Assembly: GCA_027064305.1 (NCBI GenBank)
Contig: JAMOPY010000007.1
Span: forward strand, 1-20,215
From: Methanobacteriota archaeon
GTDB taxonomy: Archaea > JAADCQ01 > Methanopyri > Methanopyrales > Methanopyraceae
Length of the DNA stretch: 20,215 bases
Reading direction: 5' to 3'
Shown here piece after piece: positions 15,826-20,215 of the stretch. A program made the position numbers and the translations under genes. The notes under the pieces were generated by a model. That model was not told where the DNA came from. It was given only the letters and a program-made list of their open reading frames with translations, and made no database searches. Within the stretch, counting starts at the first letter, position 1. Each line of letters starts with the position of its first letter.

Positions 15826-15878
15826 CGCTCACGAGACTCACGCTCCCGACCCCGCCACAACGGAAAGGGGGTGAGAAC

Positions 15879-17180
15879 GTGGGGGACAGGAAGGTCGTCA
15901 AGGACGTGGTGTGCCCGTTCTGTGGTACGCTGTGTGACGACTTGGAAGTGGTCGTGGAGGACGGTAAGATCGTGGAGGTCCGGCACGCGTGCAGGATCGG
16001 CGCCGCCAAGATCCTCAACGCGCAGGAGGACCGCATCACGACCCCCATGGTCCGCGAGAACGGCGAGTGGAAGAAGGTCGACTACGAGGACGCTGCCGAG
16101 GAGACCGCCCGCATCCTCGCCGAGGCCAAGCTGCCCGTGCTCTACGGCTGGTCCTCCACCCTCGTCGAGGCGCACGAGAAGGGCATCGAGCTCGCGGAGA
16201 AGGTGGGCGCGGTGATCGACAACACCGCGTCCGTTTGACACGGACCGTCCGTCCTGGGACTGCAGGACGTCGGCGTACCCAGCTGCACGCTGGGCGAGGT
16301 GAAGAACCGGGCGGACGTGATCCTTTACTGGGGCTGTAACCCGATGCACGCCCACCCACGGCACATGAGCCGGTACACCACGTTCACGCGCGGGTACTTC
16401 CGACCCAAGGGCCGACAGGACCGCACCGTCATCGTCGTGGACCCGCGACGCACCGCGAGCTCGCGCGTCGCCGACTACTTCGTGCGCGTGTCGCCCCACC
16501 AGGACTACGAGCTCATCAGCGCGCTCCGGGCCGCCATCCACGGGGTCGAAATCGAGCGGGAGGAGGTCGCCGGCGTCCCCGTCGAGCGCGTTTACGAGCT
16601 CGCGGAGATCCTCAAGAACGCCAGCTTCGGCGTCCTGTTCTGGGGCATGGGACTCACCATGTCCCGCGGTCGGCACCGGAACATCGACAACGCCATCTGC
16701 CTCATCCGAGACCTCAACGAGCACACCAAGTGGGTCCTAATGATGATGCGCGGGCACTACAACGTGACCGGGTTCAACGAGGTACTCTCCTGGACCACCG
16801 GCTACCCGTACGCCGTGGACTTCACCCGCGGGTACCCGCGGTACAACCCGGGCGAGACCAGCACCGTCGACCTGCTCACCCGCGGCGAGACCGACGCCAT
16901 GATGGCCATCGCCGGCGACCCCGGCGCCCACTTCCCGCAGAAGGCGGTGGAGCGCATGGCCGAGATCCCGCTGATCTGCGTGGACCCCGAGTGGACGCCC
17001 ACGGCCGAGCTCGCGGACGTCTACGTGCCCACGGCGATCGCCGGGATCGAGTGGGAAGGCACCGCCTACCGCATGGACGCGGTACCCATCCGCATGCGCA
17101 AGATCGTCGACCCGCCCGAAGGCATGCTCAACGACGCCGAATTCCTGGAACTGGTCATCGAAAAGGTGGAGGAGATGTAA
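15879..17180 (+). CDS. fwdB: Formylmethanofuran dehydrogenase subunit B, selenocysteine-containing (fwuB type), 433 aa
   Basis: ORFs 15879-16238 and 16299-17180 are in the same frame. TGA 16236-16238 falls in NTASV-U-HGPS, the position of the metal-ligating Cys/Sec. N-terminal CPFCGTLCDD, GCNPMHAHPRH and MRGHYNV motifs are present, and a SECIS follows the stop. Confidence 0.96.
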
Positions 17181-17207
17181 GCCCAAAGCTCCCGGGGTCC
17201 CGGGCCG

Positions 17208-17248
17208 CCCCGCGGGGCGAACCCCGCCACCCGGGGAGCCCCGCGGGG
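17208..17248 (+). promoter_or_regulatory. Archaeal SECIS element in the fwdB 3' UTR
   Basis: CCCCGCGGGGC-GAA-CCCCG-CCACC-CGGGG-A-GCCCCGCGGGG forms an 11-bp lower stem, a GAA/A internal loop and a 5-bp GC upper stem. It starts 28 nt after the fwdB stop. Confidence 0.92.
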
Positions 17249-17314
17249 TCAAGCGGGGGTAAGCCCCCCGCGGCCCGGGCCCTTTCCACCCTCACCCCCT
17301 CCGGGGGAACACCC

Positions 17315-17632
17315 TTGACCCGCCCCCGCTGCCCGTACTGCGGCTCCCCCGACTGCGTGAACCGGGCCGCGCTCACCGCGTTCCTTCGCGCCACCCAACG
17401 CCTGGCGAGGTACGTCGCCCAGGGGCGAGACGAGGTCGACCGCGACGACCCGCTCTTCCGCCCCACGTTCGGCGAGGTGGGGGTGTGCCGCCGCACCCAC
17501 CGCCGCATCTGGGTCTGCCCCCACTGCCACTCCCTCCTCCCCGAGCCCGACCCCGACGGGATGACCGCCCGCTGCCCCGAGTGCGGACGAAAGGCCAACG
17601 TCGCCCCCTCACGACGCAAGATCGTGTGCTAG
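17315..17632 (+). CDS. Cys-rich putative multi-zinc-finger protein within the fwd cluster, 105 aa
   Basis: TTG after SD GGGGGA. CPYC, CPHC and CPEC plus 3 further Cys including the C-terminal residue. Fills the gap between the SECIS and fwdA. Confidence 0.8.
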   Translation: MTRPRCPYCGSPDCVNRAALTAFLRATQRLARYVAQGRDEVDRDDPLFRPTFGEVGVCRRTHRRIWVCPHCHSLLPEPDPDGMTARCPECGRKANVAPSRRKIVC

Positions 17633-17648
17633 TTGGGGGTAGTCCCCC

Positions 17649-19391
17649 GTGACCAAGGAGCTCCTGATCAAGAACGCGTGCGTGTACGACCCCCTCAACG
17701 GGATCGAGGGCGAGGTGATGGACCTCGGCGTGAAGGACGGCAAGATCGTCGACCCGTCCGAGATCGACGAGTCCAAGGCCAAGGTCATCGACGCCGAGGG
17801 CCGCCTCACCATGGCCGGCGCCATCGACATCCACGCCCACGTCGCCGGCCCCAAGGTCAACATCGGCCGCATCTTCCGCCCCGAGGACAGCCGCCGCCTC
17901 CAGGTCGCCCTCAAAAAGCTCGGACCCCGCTCCGGCACCGGATTCTCCGTCCCCTCCACGACCCTGACCGGCTACATGTACGCCCAGATGGGCTACACGA
18001 CCGTGATGGAGGCCGCCACCCCGCCCCTGATGACCCGACACACCCACGAGGAGATCCGCGACACCCCCATCCTGGACCAGGGCGCCTACACCCTCATGGC
18101 CAACAACTGGATCCTCTACGAGTACATCAAGGAGGGCGAGCTCGAGAAGGCCGCCGCCTTCGCCGCCTGGCTCCTCCGCGCCACCCGAGGCTACGTGATC
18201 AAGATGGTCAACCCCGGCGGCACCGAGGCCTGGGGCTGGGGCGAGAACGTCCACAGCCTCGACGACCCCGTCCCCTACTTCGAACTCACCCCCGCCGAGA
18301 TCTACCGGAACTACGCCCAGATCAACGAACTCCTCGGACTACCCCACTCCATCCACATCCACCCCAACCTGCTCGGCGAACCCGGCAACTACGAGATCAC
18401 CCTCGGCTCCTGGGACGCCGTCCGCGACGCCGGCGTCGACCCCGACCCGCAGCTCGGCGACCGCGAGCAGATCGTCCACAACACCCACGTCCAGTTCCAC
18501 GCCTACGGCGGCGACTCCTGGGCCACCTTCGAATCCCGCGCCGAGGACATCGCCAAGTACCTCAACCGCCACCCCGAGGTCACCGTCGACCTCGGCGTCG
18601 TCACCCTCGACGAGACCACCACCATGACCGCCGACGGCCCCCTCGAGTGGGAACTCCACGAGCTCACCGGCTTCAAATGGGCCAACTGCGACGTCGAGGT
18701 CGAGACCGGCTCCGGCGTCGTCCCCTTCATCTACAGCCCCAAGAACCCCGTGCACTCCGTCCAGTGGGCCATCGGCCTCGAGATCGCCCTGCTCACCGAG
18801 AACCCCTGGCAGATCGTCATCTCCACCGACCACCCCAACGGCGGACCCTTCCACCGCTACCCCCGCATCATGACCTGGCTCATGAGCGAACCCTACCGGC
18901 AGGAATGGATCGAACGAGTCCACGACTGGGTCGGCCAGCGCGCCATCCTCCCCACCATCGACCGCGAGTACACCTGGACCGACCTCGCCATCACCACCCG
19001 CGCCGCCCCCGCCAAGATGCTCGGCCTCTCCGACCGCATCGGGCACCTCGGCGAGGGCGCGTACGCCCACATCGCCATCTACGACATCAAGCCGGACGAG
19101 GTGGACCCATCCCGGGACTACGCCGAGGTCGAGCGGGCCCTGGAGCAGGCCTGGCTCGTCGTCAAGGACGGCCAGATCGTCGTCCAGGAGGGCGTCGTCG
19201 TCCACGAGGTCACCGGCCGCACCTACTGGGTCGACGTCAAGGTCCCCGAAGACCTCATGGAAGAGGTCCAGCGCGACCTCGAGACCAAGTTCCGCCGCTA
19301 CTACTCCGTCAACCTCGGTAACTACCAGGTCCAGCCCGAGTACCTACCCCGCGAGGAACGTATCGAGATCGACGCCCGAGACCGCTTCTAA
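17649..19391 (+). CDS. fwdA: Formylmethanofuran dehydrogenase subunit A (amidohydrolase)
   Basis: DIHAHVAG, YAQMGYTT.MEAA.PP, IKMVNPGG, SIHIH.N.LG.PGN, HVQFHAYG and STDHPNGGPF. Confidence 0.97.
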   Translation: MTKELLIKNACVYDPLNGIEGEVMDLGVKDGKIVDPSEIDESKAKVIDAEGRLTMAGAIDIHAHVAGPKVNIGRIFRPEDSRRLQVALKKLGPRSGTGFSVPSTTLTGYMYAQMGYTTVMEAATPPLMTRHTHEEIRDTPILDQGAYTLMANNWILYEYIKEGELEKAAAFAAWLLRATRGYVIKMVNPGGTEAWGWGENVHSLDDPVPYFELTPAEIYRNYAQINELLGLPHSIHIHPNLLGEPGNYEITLGSWDAVRDAGVDPDPQLGDREQIVHNTHVQFHAYGGDSWATFESRAEDIAKYLNRHPEVTVDLGVVTLDETTTMTADGPLEWELHELTGFKWANCDVEVETGSGVVPFIYSPKNPVHSVQWAIGLEIALLTENPWQIVISTDHPNGGPFHRYPRIMTWLMSEPYRQEWIERVHDWVGQRAILPTIDREYTWTDLAITTRAAPAKMLGLSDRIGHLGEGAYAHIAIYDIKPDEVDPSRDYAEVERALEQAWLVVKDGQIVVQEGVVVHEVTGRTYWVDVKVPEDLMEEVQRDLETKFRRYYSVNLGNYQVQPEYLPREERIEIDARDRF

Positions 19392-19405
19392 CGGGGGAGA
19401 CGACC

Positions 19406-20209
19406 GTGAAGGAGGTCATTCTAACGCCGAAGGAGCGACCCGACGTACCGCTGGAGGCGGAGGTGATCACGCCGGACGAGTTCGCGGGCCGAGACCCCGA
19501 GGAGATCCTGAGCCTCACCGTGCACGAGGGCAACCGAGAGCGCGAACTCGGCGACTTCTTCGACCTCGAAGGCCGACCCGGCGACTCGGCCGACCAGACC
19601 CGCATCATCATCGACGACGACGTCGACCACGTTAAGCTCATCGGCCACCGCATGACCGCCGGCGAGATCATCATCGAAGGCAACGCCGGCCGCCACACCG
19701 GCGCCCAGATGCGCGGCGGCCGTCTCGTGATCCACGGCCACGCCGACGACTGGCTCGGCCGCGAGATGCGCGGCGGCGAGATCCTCGTCGAGGGCAACGC
19801 CGGCAACTACGTCGGCGCCACCTACCGCGGCGAATGGCGCGGCATGAGCGGCGGCCGCATCCACGTCAAGGGCGACGCCGGCCACGAGATCGGCGAGTGG
19901 ATGTCCGACGGCCGGATCATCATCGAAGGCAACGCCGGCATCATGACCGGCATCCACATGCAGGGCGGCCAGATCCTCATCCAAGGCGACTGCGGCGCCC
20001 GACCCGGGGCCGAGATGGAGAACGGCACCATCATCGTCCAAGGCCGCGCCGAGGACATCCTCCCCTCCTTCCGGTACCAAGGCACCGAGACCGACCCCAC
20101 CGACGAGACCCCCGGCGAGTACCACCTCTTCCAAGGCGACTACGCCAACGGCCCCGACGTCAAGGGCAAACTCTACCTGAACGCCGCCCTCAACGACGTC
20201 CCCCGCTAG
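19406..20209 (+). CDS. fwdC: Formylmethanofuran dehydrogenase subunit C (GXGXG beta-helix)
   Basis: PLEAEVITPD, repeated G..M.GG.I.I.GNAG units and GATYRGEWRGMSGG. Confidence 0.96.
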   Translation: MKEVILTPKERPDVPLEAEVITPDEFAGRDPEEILSLTVHEGNRERELGDFFDLEGRPGDSADQTRIIIDDDVDHVKLIGHRMTAGEIIIEGNAGRHTGAQMRGGRLVIHGHADDWLGREMRGGEILVEGNAGNYVGATYRGEWRGMSGGRIHVKGDAGHEIGEWMSDGRIIIEGNAGIMTGIHMQGGQILIQGDCGARPGAEMENGTIIVQGRAEDILPSFRYQGTETDPTDETPGEYHLFQGDYANGPDVKGKLYLNAALNDVPR

Positions 20210-20215
20210 CCTTTT
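20210..20215 (+). terminator. Possible start of an oligo-T archaeal terminator
   Basis: CCTTTT directly follows the fwdC TAG and is cut off by the window end. Confidence 0.3.

Noticed and set aside
15879-17180. fwdB as a pseudogene or as two genes
   Set aside because: The single TGA is at the catalytic Cys/Sec position, the frame is preserved and a SECIS follows.
17181-17314. tRNA or CRISPR-like element in the GC-rich structured spacer
   Set aside because: There is no TTCGA T-loop or cloverleaf spacing and no repeat-spacer periodicity. The SECIS and flanking stems explain the structure.
17633-19321. 562-aa Arg/Pro-rich ORF overlapping fwdA, and similar long ORFs at 10179-11606 and 13619-14956
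   Set aside because: They are alternative frames kept open by high GC at third codon positions and show no domain signal.
19640-20050. Tandem DNA repeats (e.g. GATGCGCGGCGGC, ATCATCATCGAAGGCAACGCCGGC)
   Set aside because: They are the expected coding repeats of the FwdC GXGXG beta-helix.

Overview
A GC-rich, very gene-dense stretch of an archaeal methanogen chromosome, most likely Methanopyrus-like. That assignment is inferred from the selenocysteine-type formylmethanofuran dehydrogenase, archaeal MetK/GatD/Dph2, an HPr-kinase homolog and frequent TTG/GTG starts. Left to right: a partial KH-like/PP-loop ATPase and a DUF192 fusion (minus); a DacZ-type diadenylate cyclase and metK; gatD; a tightly coupled run of hisH, V4R, HprK-like, membrane, PRC-barrel and ArsR genes; cbiB and dph2; stand-alone CbiG-C and POR-gamma-like genes; an orphan C5 cytosine methyltransferase; modABC and moeA; and the fwdG-D-B-[Cys-rich ORF]-A-C cluster. 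The ORF track splits fwdB, but it is one gene with an in-frame TGA (Sec) at 16236-16238 and a clear archaeal SECIS at 17208-17248. The two best candidates for undescribed systems are (i) a PTS-independent V4R / Zn-ribbon HprK / PRC-barrel / ArsR signalling cassette and (ii) a possible split tRNA-modification module made of the DUF192 plus ThiI-NFLD-like fusion and the KH/PP-loop ATPase. No tRNA, rRNA, CRISPR array or mobile element was seen. All family calls are from motif recognition by eye, with no database searches.
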